The notes beneath the pieces are model-generated. The model had not been told where the DNA came from and did not search any database. It saw only the letters and a program-made list of their open reading frames with translations. Source: Laetmonice hystrix (taxonomy: Eukaryota). Taken from it: 64,000 nucleotides of DNA. Below are positions 36,950 to 50,170 of this stretch, piece by piece; the stretch's first letter is position 1; each line of letters begins with the position of its first letter. The position numbers were made by a program, and so were the translations under genes. Location of the stretch: NCBI GenBank assembly GCA_965235115.1, contig OZ249436.1:4588001-4652000 (forward strand). Reading direction: 5' to 3'.

Positions 36950-37048
36950 GTACCAAGGGATGCTACATTTGGAGTGTTATATCATGACAGGAACGTGGCA
37001 TCAGATGGAAACACTACACCATAACACAGAATGATGCTCGAGACAGAG
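36950..37048 (+). CDS. Candidate exon GTKGCYIWSVIS*QERGIRWKHYTITQNDARDR with an in-frame TGA (or a shorter exon 36991-37048)
   Basis: Strong acceptor TTGTTGTCCCCGCAG; AG|GTATTA donor phase-compatible with 37394; TGA at 36985-36987. Confidence 0.3.
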
Positions 37049-37393
37049 GTATTATTACCAAGCCAATCGCTGGTTGTAAAACAGGTTTTTAGAGAAAATG
37101 TTGTCAATTTCAAACTCCGTGCAGACTGCTAGAAGGCAGACGTAAGCAGCGCTCAGCAGATTAACTGCGCCTTAATTTTAGTTAATTTGATTTAATCAAT
37201 TATAGTTTTTCACAATGTGCAGGTTTATGTCGCCTCTTTCTCGTCTTTTGACCGGAAATAAAACAGTTTTTTTTAGAGAAACAAAAGATCAATTTTTTTG
37301 TTGGCCCTGCACGGTGACAGGAGATGGTATACCGGGGCAGTGGTTGCTGGGGTAATGCTATGTATCAAACCTACGCGCTCCCTTCATCCCTAG

Positions 37394-37490
37394 ACCCGGA
37401 GCCTGAAGATGAAAGGCAACCAATCGACGTGCAAACATGGCCAATCTTTGTGGTGGATGTTAACATGACGTTCATCAAGAACCACGGCCG
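37394..37490 (+). CDS. Candidate internal coding exon (D)PEPEDERQPIDVQTWPIFVVDVNMTFIKNHG(R), unidentified protein
   Basis: Acceptor CTCCCTTCATCCCTAG, 97-bp open frame with coding-like codon usage, CG|GTAGGT donor. Confidence 0.5.
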
Positions 37491-38883
37491 GTAGGTGGCG
37501 CGGCGAGTCGAGTAGACTGGCGCCCGACGTCAGGGAGGGTGGAGGGGTGGGGGGGGGGCTGGGAGGTGGTGTTTTCACCCTCCCCCCAACCCCACGCTAG
37601 AATCCGTGCATGGACGACCTCTAAGGACGCAAGACACCCCACGGGGATCATCCTATCATTTATAACGATGTCCTTAACCTCCATCTATGAGTGGGGGACC
37701 TCCCCCCTTCATAAAAATAAATAACCATTTTATTAACCACTTGGTCACCATTAGTGTAGGCCCTAAGGCTATATGGGGACAAGTTATAACGATATCGTTA
37801 ATAACGACGAACGGTCCCAAACGATTATTTCATAATGTATAGCTATGGGCGCCCGTTAACGATATCATTATTAAAGATGACCTTTGCAATACGAGCCTCT
37901 GGACGGCCATACCTGCCTACCGTTGTACATATTATAACGGTCCACAGGGACGAGTTTATGTTCCACCCAACCAATACGTTTACCTTGTCAGCGCCTCCCG
38001 GGGTTCTGCTGACTGCGTTAAGGTCCCGCCAAAGGATGCAGTATGCATGCTGGAGCTCGTGTTTATTATTTGATTCATCATCTCAACATTTATCATTCCA
38101 GAATAGAAAGCTCCCTTCAACTACCCGCCTCCAGTACCTTGGCATTCGCGCATGCGGTCTGCATCAGTTATGCAACCAGTCTTATCCCACACAATAGTCC
38201 CACGAGATATCTCCGGAGCGTGTTGAGTATTCCCTGCAATAAAAACGCTCTGCCTGCCACTGATTGTGGCACATATTTTTTTTTATTCAAAATACAATCT
38301 GAAATTGTACCATTTGATGACGTCCTGTGAGAATTGGATTTTGATTACAACTACTAAAGCCCAGATTATGATTTTTGTACAGAAACGGCCTGAAAAGGAA
38401 AGTCATGTTGAGGTTTAAATTTTAATATGAACGCTTGATATGAATGGTTTTTAAAATGTCAAATCTTGGCTGATGTTAATGATTTTGATTGGTTGCTTGT
38501 AGCAATTAAACCAGCCTAACAGACCTCAACTTTAAGAACTTTTTATTCCTAGCTCGGGTCTCGATAGAATGTTATAATTCCCCGCAGAGGTCATAAATCC
38601 TATATCTATCGTATCCGGTCTTACGCCGTAGCATTGACGAGAAATGTGTTGCTTGAAATGTATTTGCTCTTTTATCATGTTTTACGATCAATGTCATGAA
38701 ACGAAATATATTCCCAACCCACTGAATTCTCATTACAGGGCTGCTGACCTCTGGCCTCGTTTTAATTCCGCGTGGTTTCTGGTTTAGGGACGCTTGTATG
38801 TGCTGCAAGGGCTTTATTTGATGACGTTGGCGGCCTTGGCGCATGGTGACCTAGATTAGTGAGACGGTCTCCTGTTTCTCCCA

Positions 38884-38968
38884 CCAATCAGAATGAACGC
38901 CTCAGGCTGAGGCGTCAAACTCTAACCAATCAGAATGACCGCTTCAGGCTGAGGCGTCAAATTCTAAT
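38884..38968. repeat. 42-bp duplication carrying CCAATCAG and a CGCCTCAGGCTGAGGCG palindrome
   Basis: Copies at 38884 and 38926. Confidence 0.85.
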
Positions 38969-39106
38969 CCAAATCCGTCCTTTGTAGCAGACTTGTCCAT
39001 GCACATTATAGGGTTCTTTCTCGTGCCAGCCTCCTTTATAATACAAGGCAATATGGCAACCCTTCATTGAATGACCGTATTCCAATATTGTCACGAATAT
39101 ACACGA

Positions 39107-39540
39107 CTAGCAAGAACCCGTGCGCCGCACGGGACCGAAGGGGGCTAAAAGGGGTCGACCATGAAGTACATACACACAAAATCATGGAAAAATGACCCTC
39201 TGTCCCTGGCACAGGCTTGACATGCCCTTGTCCTGCCCTCTGCTGCTGCCCTCTACCGCCGCACCAGAGATGGTGCGGCCAGACTGCCACCAGAGGGCGC
39301 AGGTCTCCAGTCAAGGTCAGTTGTCGTAGCCGATCAACAACAACAACAATGGCGGACAGCTCGGGCGGTTGTAGTGAAACATGTGCCAAAAATGCCTCAC
39401 AGCGCCAAGGAAACAAACATTAATACACATCAAACCAAACAGGGGAATACTGTTGTTATGCCTGGCGTACTTTCACGTTGATGCTTCGAAAGGGAATAGA
39501 GCGATGGCAACGCAGCCCCCTTACGGTCTCAATTTATAGA
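39107..39540 (-). mobile_element. Non-autonomous Helitron, copy 1
   Basis: On the minus strand: A|TCTATAAA 5' end; 3' hairpin CCCGTGC-GGC-GCACGGG, then TTCTTG-CTAG|T; inserted between A and T, no TSD. Confidence 0.9.
39287..39300 (+). promoter_or_regulatory. CTCF consensus-like motif CCACCAGAGGGCGC inside Helitron copy 1
   Basis: Matches the CCAC(C/T)AG(A/G)(G/T)GGC core; binding untested. Confidence 0.45.
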
Positions 39541-40145
39541 TGAAATTGGAAGGGGATCTTAGAGAACAACACTCATAAAAATGAACAGGGATGGGAAGTT
39601 CATATTCTTCACATAATCTTAGTTGATCCCTTCTCTGCGCCGACTCCTGCCATGTATAGGTGAAGTTAATTATCCCACCAGCCCTGTGTCCCTGACTGCC
39701 ACATCATTTTTTTTATCCCGGCAAGAGGAAGACATCATCTCGACTTTGCTCTTCCCCTTAGAGAAGAGCTGTGACTCCAGCCACTCCCTGGCCTGAGGTT
39801 TTTACCATTGTTCACGGAATCCCCGTCTGTTCTTAGTATTTTTTAATCCCGAAAGGTGAGGCGTCACTCAGTGCACTTTATTTAGTCCCATGACCTGATA
39901 GATAATGAATGTTACTGGTGGCAGTTATCAGATTCCTCCAATATCAACTCTCTTCTGAATGTTATAGAAATCAACATTAGTTGTATGTACGTTTCTTTTT
40001 GTGATTTGTCACCGTCTAAACATTCTCTGAAATGTTAAAGCCATATTGTACTGGAGATTACATAAACCCTGGTTCTCTCTCTCCGCACTAGTTACATACA
40101 TGAAATGCATAGATGCAAAGAATTTCTTACAACATCAGTAAACCT

Positions 40146-41120
40146 CCAAACGTGCCGGTGTCTGCATCAATCCTGGACCCACAACAGTCCGCGGCGGTCG
40201 TACCAAACGTGCCGGTGTCTGCATCAATCCTGGCCCCACAACAGTCCGCGGCGGTCGTACCAAACGTGCCGGTGTCTGCATCAATCCTGGCCCCACAACG
40301 GTCCGCCGGCGGTCGTACCAAACGTGCCGGTGTCTGCATCAATCCTGGCCCCACAACAGTCCGCGGCGGTCGTACCAAACGTGCCGGTGTCTGCATCAAT
40401 CCTGGCCCCACAACGGTCCGCCGGCGGTCGTACCAAACGTGCCGGTGTCTGTATCAATCCTGGCCCCACAACGGTCCGCCGGCGGTCGTACCAAACGTGC
40501 CGGTGTCTGTATCAATCCTGGCCCCACAACGGTCCGCCGGCGGTCGTACCAAACGTGCCGGTGTCTGCATCAATCTTGGACCCACAACGGTCCGCCGGCG
40601 ATCGTACCAAACGTGCCGGTGTCTGTATCAATCTTGGACCCACAACGGTCCGCCGGCGGTCGTACCAAACGTGCCGGTGTCTGCATCAATCCTGGCCCCA
40701 CAACGGTCCGCCGGCGGTCGTACCAAACGTGCCGGTGTCTGTATCAATCCTGGCCCCACAACGGTCCGCGGCGGTCGTACCAAACGTGCCGGTGTCTGCA
40801 TCAATCCTGGCCCCACAACAGTCCGCGGCGGTCGTACCAAACGTGCCGGTGTCTGCATCAACCCTGGCCCCTCAACAGTCCGCCGGCGGTCGTACCAAAC
40901 GTGCCGGTGTCTGCATCAACCCTGGCCCCTCAACAGTCCGCCGGCGGTCGTACCAAACGTGTCGGTGTCTGTAGCAATCCTGGCCCCACAACGGTCCGCT
41001 GGCGGTCGTACCAAACGTGCCGGTGTCTGTATCAATCCTGGCCCCACAACGGTCCGCTGGCGGTCGTACCAAACGTGCCGGTGTCTGTATCAATTCTTGC
41101 CCCACATCCGCCGGCGGTCG
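40146..41120. repeat. GC/CpG-rich minisatellite, 57-58-bp unit, ~17 copies
   Basis: CCAAACGTGCCGGTGTCTGCATCAATCCTGGCCCCACAACGGTCCGCCGGCGGTCGTA. Confidence 0.97.
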
Positions 41121-41198
41121 GCCACTCGCTCGATTATTCACTGCGCATGAGCAGATTAATGCGGATGAGTACAATTTTGTCCCCTCGAGAAGAAATTA

Positions 41199-41782
41199 GA
41201 CTTCAAGCTGTCGAGATCTCTATCCTCGCAGCCTTAGGATGCTGTCTGTGACTTCAAGCTGTAGAGATCTCTATCCTCCCAGCCTTAGGATGCTGTCTGT
41301 GACTTCAAGGTGTAGAGATCTCTATCCTCTCAGCCTTAGTTTGCTGTCTGTATATAGGATCGTTGTAGAGATCTCTATCCTCTCAGCCTTAGTTTGCTGT
41401 CTGTATATAGGATCGCTGTAGAGATCTCTATCCTCCCAGCCTAAGGATGCTGTCCGTAGGATCGCTGTAGAGATCTCTATCCTCTCAGCCTTAGTTTGCT
41501 GTCTGTATATAGGATCGCTGTAGAGATCTCTATCCTCGCAGCCTAAGGATGCTGTCTGTATATTAGACTACAAGCTGTAGAGATCTCTATCCTCTCAGCC
41601 TAAGGATGCTGTCCGTATATATAGGATCGCTGTAGAGATCTCTATCCTCTCAGCCTAAGGATGCTGTCCATAGGATCGCTGTAGAGATCTCTATCCTCTC
41701 AGCCTAAGGATGCTGTCCGTAGGATCGCTGTAGAGATCTCTATCCTCTCAGCCTTAGGATGCTGTCTGTATAATAGGATCGT
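41199..41782. repeat. Variable-length minisatellite (~46-55 bp), ~11-12 copies
   Basis: Core GCTGTAGAGATCTCTATCCTCTCAGCC(T)TA(A)GGATGCTGTC repeated. Confidence 0.93.
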
Positions 41783-41971
41783 TTTCTATATCCACTTTAT
41801 AATCCGAACCGAACCCTCGTATTTGAAATCAATGATATAATCGAGGGGCCTGACAGTTTGATAGATCAAACAGTGTTTGAATATAAGATAGTTCACCGGT
41901 TTCACTTTCTGCCTAGAGCGTCTCACAAAGAATCATACCACCTAGAGATCAATACCTTTGGTAATGAAGAC

Positions 41972-42056
41972 ATGGTTATCATCGAAGACATCTCAGGGAT
42001 GGTTATCATCGAAGACATCTTAGGGATGGTTATCATCGAAGACATCTCAGGGATGC
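41972..42056. repeat. 27-bp tandem repeat, 3 copies
   Basis: ATGGTTATCATCGAAGACATCTCAGGG at 41972, 41999 and 42026. Confidence 0.9.
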
Positions 42057-42097
42057 CTGATTTAACTGATTCCACGCCGGATTATGCGTGATTGGCT

Positions 42098-42487
42098 NNN
42101 NNNNNNNNNNNNNNNNNNNNNNNNNNNNNNNNNNNNNNNNNNNNNNNNNNNNNNNNNNNNNNNNNNNNNNNNNNNNNNNNNNNNNNNNNNNNNNNNNNNN
42201 NNNNNNNNNNNNNNNNNNNNNNNNNNNNNNNNNNNNNNNNNNNNNNNNNNNNNNNNNNNNNNNNNNNNNNNNNNNNNNNNNNNNNNNNNNNNNNNNNNNN
42301 NNNNNNNNNNNNNNNNNNNNNNNNNNNNNNNNNNNNNNNNNNNNNNNNNNNNNNNNNNNNNNNNNNNNNNNNNNNNNNNNNNNNNNNNNNNNNNNNNNNN
42401 NNNNNNNNNNNNNNNNNNNNNNNNNNNNNNNNNNNNNNNNNNNNNNNNNNNNNNNNNNNNNNNNNNNNNNNNNNNNNNNNNNNNNNN
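42098..42487. other. Assembly gap (N run)
   Basis: 390 N. Confidence 1.
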
Positions 42488-44487
42488 GCGATGATGATGA
42501 TGGCGATGATGATACCGGGATAAATATTGGTGGTGTTCCGCCAGCAGGGGGAGAACGATTTTTAGACGCAGTGCTCAATGTGAAGATTGACCCGCTCTGT
42601 GATTTTCACAAAAAAAGGTCTTAAACAAAACGGGTATTATGTGCATGTAATCTCAAAATGTGCTTTCAATTTAGCTAATTGTGTGCATTTTCCTTACCAT
42701 GAACCAGGGTCGCTGGCATTTCCTGTTGAAGGTCATTGTTTTCAAGTGAAGGTCAACGTCTCTACGACGATATCAGAGCCAGAATCAGCAAACACTTCGC
42801 TTCGATGTTCCGAGGATTACGTGTTCCTATATACTGCTATCAATGTAAAAGGGTATTGCTTGTCAAAAAAGGACACCTTTTCAGGATCATCAAGGGGCAA
42901 GCCCCCCCCCCCCCCACGTCCCTGTATAACTAAAGTTTGACTATAGTCGTTCCGTCGGTCTCGCGACTTTCCCGCCCGCGAGAAAAGTGAGGAGACAGGC
43001 ACTAAAGAAACTTTCCACGTTTTAAATCTGGGGAGACACTTCTAATTCTGGTAACAAATAGATTTAACCAATAAAACCAATTCCTGTCGATGGGTAATAA
43101 TCATTCGAGGGAAAGAACTGGTATTGTGTCCTCCTTTAACAGCTCGACACTATGGCAACCTTTCGACGGAGTAAGAAGCGACGAGATCAATGCCTGTTTT
43201 GATCACGCTGAATATTAAGGAGTTCTGTCAGTGGAAAGTGGCGAGGTCCATTTACACAATGAACACTAAGTCCACAACAGCTGCGTTAAGACGATTACCG
43301 GTGAAAAGTCTAGGCAACATTTGTGCGTTCTGCGCTGAATGAGGTAATTAGTTGGGAATGTGTTGGGAAACAGGACAAATTAAATAGGATTATGTTGGAT
43401 TATGCCAACAGTTTCTGTGCTCAGATTTCCATTCGTTCCATCCTAATATTATAATGTGTCTGATCTAAAACAGACCTCCATGATTTTCCTTGGTGTTTTT
43501 GTTTTCACTTTGGTTGTTTGTTCAGTAAATCTATGGAACAATAGACGTAAACACTCCAGGCTTAATTCGATGGGACACAAACGTGGTCCACGCTCATCTG
43601 GAATTCTAATTTTATGACAGGACTAAGGAAGCGCATATAATGCACAATTATTATTATTTAAAGTATCCCAGTTTTTGTAACCGGATGTAAAAAAATTATA
43701 TGACTCATTATTGAACCATTACGTACTTCTTTATTGTGTTGTTCTTTTGTTTTCTTGTTAATTTTTCATTTCTAATGAATCACGAGCAAATGACAGCAGG
43801 TCTATGTTTTCCTACCGAAGCGTGATTCAGGATAAGATTTTGTTTTTTTTAATCCACCAGGGAAATGTGTTTGTGGTGTTCTCTTCTGTTCCTCGGTGAC
43901 GTATGATACTTTCTGTCGCTGTTAAACATCATTAAGTTAGACTTAACATTCATCTACCAGTTCTTTTGTATAAAAAAAAGTAATTTGTACGTAAATAATT
44001 CATATATGATTTCACACGCAGCTGCACATGTGGAGAAAGGAAAGAACAAAAATGACTTTATCTTATTGAGAATTATAAGTAGCTGGTAATTATTTACGTT
44101 GGATTTCACAATGTAAAAACGCTGGTATAAAGTTTTGTTCTTAAAAACGTATAGTCGTGTCGTGAGTGTGGTTTTCGTTCGCTCCATGGCATTGGATCCT
44201 CACCCCTCGCGTGTGTCAGGCCTGCACCTCGGTCTAATTAATGACGCCGATATGGGAACTATGAGGAAATTATCTTGTGCTTGATCCCTACAACAAAATA
44301 ATGACATGGGTGAAAACATCGCTTTACACCGTTGGCTGTCGGTGTTGGCACTCGAGTTCTGTACGTCCAAATCCGATTCCAAATACACTGGGCTCGGCAA
44401 GGGTCGCTTGGATCCCATCTGCTGAGACAGAAGGCTATCTTAAAGAGGCAGGTCGTAAAGAAATCCCAACTTATATATTTCATAAAG

Positions 44488-45094
44488 TGGAGCCAGGTGG
44501 CTGTGCCCTGAGATAGGGTTAACGTTGGAGCCAGGTGGCTGTGCCCTGAGATAGGGTTAACGTTGGAGCCAGGTGGATGTGCCCTGAGATAGGGTTAACG
44601 TTGGAGCCAGGTGGCTGTGCCCTAAGATAGGGTTAACGTTGGAGCCAGGTGGCTCTGCCCTGAGATAGGGTTAACGTTGGAGCCAGGTGGATGTGCCCTG
44701 AGATAGGGTTAACGTTGGAGCCAGGTGGCTGTGCCCTAAGATAGGGTTAACGTTGGAGCCAGGTGGCTCTGCCCTAAGATAGGGTTAACGTTGGAGCCAG
44801 GTGGCTGTGCCCTGAGATAGTGTTAACGTTGGAGCCAGGTGGCTGTGCCCAAAGATAGGGTTAACGTTGGAGCCAGGTGGCTGTGCCCTAAGATAGGGTA
44901 AACGTTGGACCCAGGTGGCTGTGCCCAAAGATAGGGTTAACGTTGGAGCCAGGTGGCTGTGCCCAAAGATAGGGTTAACGTTGGAGCCAGGTGGCTGTGC
45001 CCTAAGATAGGGTAAACGTTGGAGCCAGGTGGCTGTGCCCAAAGATAGGGTTAACGTTGAAGCCAGGTGGCTGTGCCCTAAGATATGGTTAACG
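44488..45094. repeat. Minisatellite, 38-bp unit, 16 copies
   Basis: TGGAGCCAGGTGGCTGTGCCCTGAGATAGGGTTAACGT. Confidence 0.97.
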
Positions 45095-45239
45095 AAAGGG
45101 TTTCCTAACATCCATTAAAGATCAATACAGTAGTACAGTAATACAGTAGTACAGTAGCGTTCTCCGTTAACACCATTTAATATCGTTTACCAGCTGTTTG
45201 CTGTTCACACGACGACAACTGATAGAAAAAGTAATAGCC

Positions 45240-45665
45240 TACACGTATAACAACGGCTTAGCACTGTCAAATGACACTATGGATACACGTATAACAACGG
45301 CCTAGCACTGTCAAATGACACTATGGATACACGTATAACCACGGCCTAGCACTGTCTAATGACACTATGGATACAAGTATAACCACGGCCTAGCACTGTC
45401 AAATGACACTGGATACACGTATAACCACGGCCTAGCTCTGTCAAATGACACTGGATACACGTATAACCACGGCCTAGCACTGTCAAATGACACTGGATAC
45501 ACGTATAACAACGGCCTAGCACTGTCAAATGACACTGGATACACGTATAACAACGGCTTAGGACTGTCAAATGACACTATGGATACAAGTATAACCACGG
45601 CCTAGCACTGTCAAATGACACTATGGATACACGTATAACCACGGCCTAGCTCTGTCAAATGACAC
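45240..45665. repeat. Minisatellite, 42-44-bp unit, ~10 copies
   Basis: ACACGTATAACCACGGCCTAGCACTGTCAAATGACACT(AT)GGAT. Confidence 0.96.
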
Positions 45666-46047
45666 GATGGGATCGGGGGGGGGGGCAGCATGACGGGCAG
45701 GAATCGTGGAAAGTCTCTCGTTCTGCTGAGACCTAACAACCACAATCTGCCAATTACCACGCATGCAGACTGAGACATGTACGCCCGCGTCCTCTGGGCC
45801 CCCACCAATCTGGAGGAGTTCTCATCGATCACGGCTGCCAATCGACACGGCTCCTCAGTCGTACCCACAACCTATACGGACACCACCAGCCGACCTATCA
45901 CTGTCGACGAACACACACGGCGAACTACAAGTCGATCCCACCCGAGCTATCATTCAGTTTATTACCTGCGCCTCCCTGAGTGCGTGGTCACCAATGATCT
46001 AGTCATGCGCATGGGTTGGCAGGTTTAAGCTACCCATACCCTTTTAC

Positions 46048-47166
46048 ATACGGTCCCCCATCATGTGGGGTAACGGGAGGGAGATATGCCTGACTGATAC
46101 GGTCCCCCATCATGTGGGGTAACGGGAGGGAGATCTGCCTGACTGATACGGTCCCCCATCATGTGGGGTAACGGGAGGGAGATATGCCTGACTGATACGG
46201 TCCCCCATCATGTGGGGTAACGGGAGGGAGATATGCCTGACTGATACGGTCCCCCATCATGTGGGGTAACGGGAGGGAGATATGCCTGACTGATACGGTC
46301 CCCCATCATGTGGGGTAACGGGAGGGAGATATGCCTGACTGATACGGTCCCCCATCATGTGGGGTAACGGGAGGGAGATATGCCTGAGTAATACGGTCCC
46401 CCATCATGTGGGGTAACGGGAGGGAGATATGCCTGACTGATACGGTCCCCTATCATGTGGGGTAACGGGAGGGAGATATGCCTGACTGATACGGTCCCCC
46501 ATCATGTGGGGTAACGGGAGGGAGATATGCCTGACTGATACGGTCCCCCATCATGTGGGGTAACGGGAGGGAGATATGCCTGACTGATACGGTCCCCCAT
46601 CATGTGGGGTAACGGGAGGGAGATCTGCCTGACTAATACGGTCCCCCATCATGTGGGGTAACGGGAGGGAGATATGCCTGACTGATACGGTCCCCCATCA
46701 TGTGGGGTAACGGGAGGGAAATATGCCTGACTAATACGGTCCCCCATCATGTGGGGTAACGGGAGGGAGATATGCCTGACTGATACGGTCCCCCATCATG
46801 TGGGGTAACGGGAGGGAGATATGCCTGACTGATACGGTCCCCCATCATGTGGGGTAACGGGAGGGAGATATGCCTGACTGATACGGTCCCCCATCATGTG
46901 GGGTAACGGGAGGGAGATATGCCTGACTGATACGGTCCCCAATCATGTGGGGTAACGGGAGGGAGATATGCCTGACTAATACGGTCCCCCATCATGTGGG
47001 GTAACGGGAGGGAGATATGCCTGACTGATACGGCCCCCCCCATCATGTGGGGTAACGGGAGGGAGATATGCCTGACTGATACGGCCCCCCCCCCCCATCA
47101 TGTGGGGTAACGGGAGGGAGATATGCCTGACTGATACGGTCCCCCATCATGTGGGGTAACGGGAGG
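46048..47166. repeat. Minisatellite, 49-bp unit, ~23 copies
   Basis: ATACGGTCCCCCATCATGTGGGGTAACGGGAGGGAGATATGCCTGACTG. Confidence 0.98.
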
Positions 47167-47543
47167 ATGAAGATATGGTCATACGGCAGAACGTGGGTGG
47201 ATTAAGACGGGGACACCCCTTACATTAGTCTCCCACGTGGCCGCGCTGAGCGCCCCTCTTGCCTGACTCCATCTACGCCCTGATCGATGCTTCAACTCTA
47301 AGTACAGCCTCCAGTGGATCGTCCTAGTCGGGGGGGGGGGCTGGGGGGCGTCGCCACAAGCCCGCAAACACTTTTGACAGGTGCTCGGATGAGGGAGGAT
47401 CATACGTATTGCTCATTGGGACAACCTGTCCTCACAAGTCATAACAGGAGGTGAAGTTTATAACGAACATACTGTGGAGATGTGAGCAAGCGTTCGGACG
47501 CGCGCGTTGCTATTTTTGGCAGAGACGTAGTGTCCTTTCACAG

Positions 47544-47718
47544 AGGCAGACGATCTCTGGAACGTTTTGGCGGGAAACGGCGGCTGGAGAGGGAGGCTCA
47601 GTGACGGCAGGCCATATCCCGGCCAGGCGTACACCATTGACGACTCGGTCGTCCAGGAAACCTTTCCACCTTCACTTGATGCTGAGAGTGCGGGACAGGT
47701 GGTAGTGTTTACCGCACG
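47544..47718 (+). CDS. Candidate internal exon (E)ADDLWNVLAGNGGWRGRLSDGRPYPGQAYTIDDSVVQETFPPSLDAESAGQVVVFTA(R)
   Basis: Acceptor TGTCCTTTCACAG, 175-bp open frame with coding-like codon usage, CG|GTAATT donor. Confidence 0.45.
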
Positions 47719-48126
47719 GTAATTGTACAACCTGCAAAATGGGAACTTCCAGATGCTTGGTCTGTTGCCATGGTGTTTGATGGAATGAGAATTGACGAAA
47801 GCCCCAAATACAGGTAAGACAAATGATCGTAGTTTGAAAAAAAAATCATCCTATATATTTTGAAGAAAAAAATCATGTTTCACTTTTCAGGGGTTAGGCT
47901 GCGCATGATAGGAGGGTGTCTCTGACATCATTGTAATCACGCTCGTGTTCTACTGTTTTTTCAACCAATATATTGTTTGTCTAGAACTGTTGCGCCCTTT
48001 GCGTGTAAATTACCTGCCAAAAAGGTTTAGCCGACTTCAGTCATGGTTTCCGTTGTTCTTGATCAAACATGAAGAATCGCCTACTCCCCCGCCCTATACG
48101 AGTTACCCGGCTAATAACCATCACAG

Positions 48127-48322
48127 GCCCATCAGCAGGGCTTACCCACGCCCACGCCTGGTCTACCCCGGCCTGTATGTGGTCATGGCAAGGTTCCGTG
48201 ATCGTATACAGTCCAGCTCTGACACTCGGAGTCAGTGCCAGTCACTATCTATGACTGTCCAATGTGGCAAACCCGGCTGGCAGGGCGGACGAACGGATTC
48301 AAGAACAATCCCTACACTTTAA
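48127..48322 (+). CDS. Candidate exon PISRAYPRPRLVYPGLYVVMARFRDRIQ...IPTL*, phase-compatible with 47544-47718
   Basis: CTAAT...CATCACAG acceptor and open frame to TAA; alternative frames and strand are also plausible. Confidence 0.25.
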
Positions 48323-49984
48323 CATCAGCACGTATGACTCTTTGACACAAATATTCGACTTGGACTATTTACTGATGTCAACTTACCATATGGAAGCTAT
48401 GTAAGTATGATATGTTAACTAAACAAAGACTGGGCAGGTTTTGTAACCAAGATACCGACTCTAGTGATCTGCTGCATCGTTTGTCGTCATAATTCCATTG
48501 CGGTTGTTCAGAACTTAGCACGCAACCGTACAGTGAAATGTCTTATGTTTACAAGCCAAAGGGAGTTAAGTTTATATAATTGGCGCCTATGTTTACCAGC
48601 GCCTACCGGTAACAGGTGCCGTTTCCTTCCTCCAGTAAGTAGCTGTTGAATAGAGAACGCGGCATGCTAGAGGAACGGCGAACCAAGTCGTGGAGAAGGT
48701 CGGTCGTCGGCCTGGTACGTGGGGGAATACACAAACAAGAATTTCCTTTGGTTCTTCATTTTCCTTGAATCTCTCCTTGCAATCCTCTAATGCCAAACAC
48801 AAAGGATAAAGGCGGAGTATGAGGATGATGTGGGTTCGGTTCGTCTTCATCCTGATGTAGAACCTTGATAGATTAAAAAACATTAGTCATAGATATCTAT
48901 CTTTACATTTTGTACGCTGATCAGATTTCATACTCCGACTTGAAAGAGGAGACCGTTGTTACAAACGTCATTTTTCAATGTCTGAATATCTGAAAGTGGA
49001 GCCGTGGATGCAGTAATATCTGAAAGTGGAGCCGTGGATGCAGGAATCCCGTAATGATACGTTTTGATGTCAACTGTTTTTAAGCGTCCCTCCGATGAGG
49101 TATTGGATGTGTCTATGAGGTACATGTGACCTCAGTTGTTTTTACTGTGACCTCGAGCTGAGGATGTGCCCTCAATCTCTCGGTTGTTGTGGCGCTGCAG
49201 CATAAACCGCCAGAGGTCGGGCATTAAAGACAAACATTCCAGCTTTCTAACAGATTCCACAACGTAAGCACTCACATGAGTCGGTGATTTGTTATTTACC
49301 ACATTGTTGACAGATACGTCGGGAATGCTTTTGTTTGTAACTAGTTCTGCCCGATTGAAACCATCGTTGTACGGGTGGAGGATTGTAGTGCGAGTTGTAG
49401 CTGGTTCACAAGGACAGGCCATGGTAGATCTGGTTAATGTCCTAACACCCACCGCCCATAATGAACACCCACATCGTTTAATCCCCTACCAGTCTCACAT
49501 TGATTTCAATTAACTTACAAAGTCTCCAGTGACCTGAGAAATGTTCAGTGAAACCTTCCACAAACCGCAACCCATTGGAAGTAGGCGGTGAGCATAGCGT
49601 CACCCAATGTATGGCTTACATCAAGGAGTGCCTCCCGAGTTACATGGCCAATATCAACCAGGCCTAATCTCCCCAATTACATGCCTTACGTCAGTAGCTT
49701 GTGTTTGCCCACGTCAACGAATTCTATTATCATCTCGCCAGTAACAGTAACATTATGGTTCTAGTGGGTCCATGACCGTGACTTCACAAGAAACTATTAA
49801 AATTACTCATGCGGGATGCATTGGAATGTGATCGTAGCTTCCATGCACTTGTGGAAAGGCAAGAAACAACAGTAAATACTTTTTTGTTTTTTTTTGTAGC
49901 TGTTGGTTTCTTTCTGTCTTTTTTTAATTTCCTTCTTTGTCAGTTTATTGGTAACATATATAAACTCCGCATGTGGAAACGTGA

Positions 49985-50170
49985 TTTGTCAGCGTACAAC
50001 GACGTAGATACCACATTTTGTCAGCGTACAACGACGTAGATACCACATTTTGTCAGCGTACAACGACGTAGATACCACATTTTGTCAGCTTACAACGACG
50101 TAGATACTACATTTTGTCAGCTTACAACGACGTAGATACCACATTTTGCCAGCTTACACCGACGTAGATA
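49985..50170. repeat. 32-bp tandem repeat, ~6 copies
   Basis: TTTGTCAGCGTACAACGACGTAGATACCACAT. Confidence 0.95.

Noticed and set aside
40105-41251. 289-345 aa ORFs
   Set aside because: Translation of the 57-58-bp tandem repeat, open in all three plus frames
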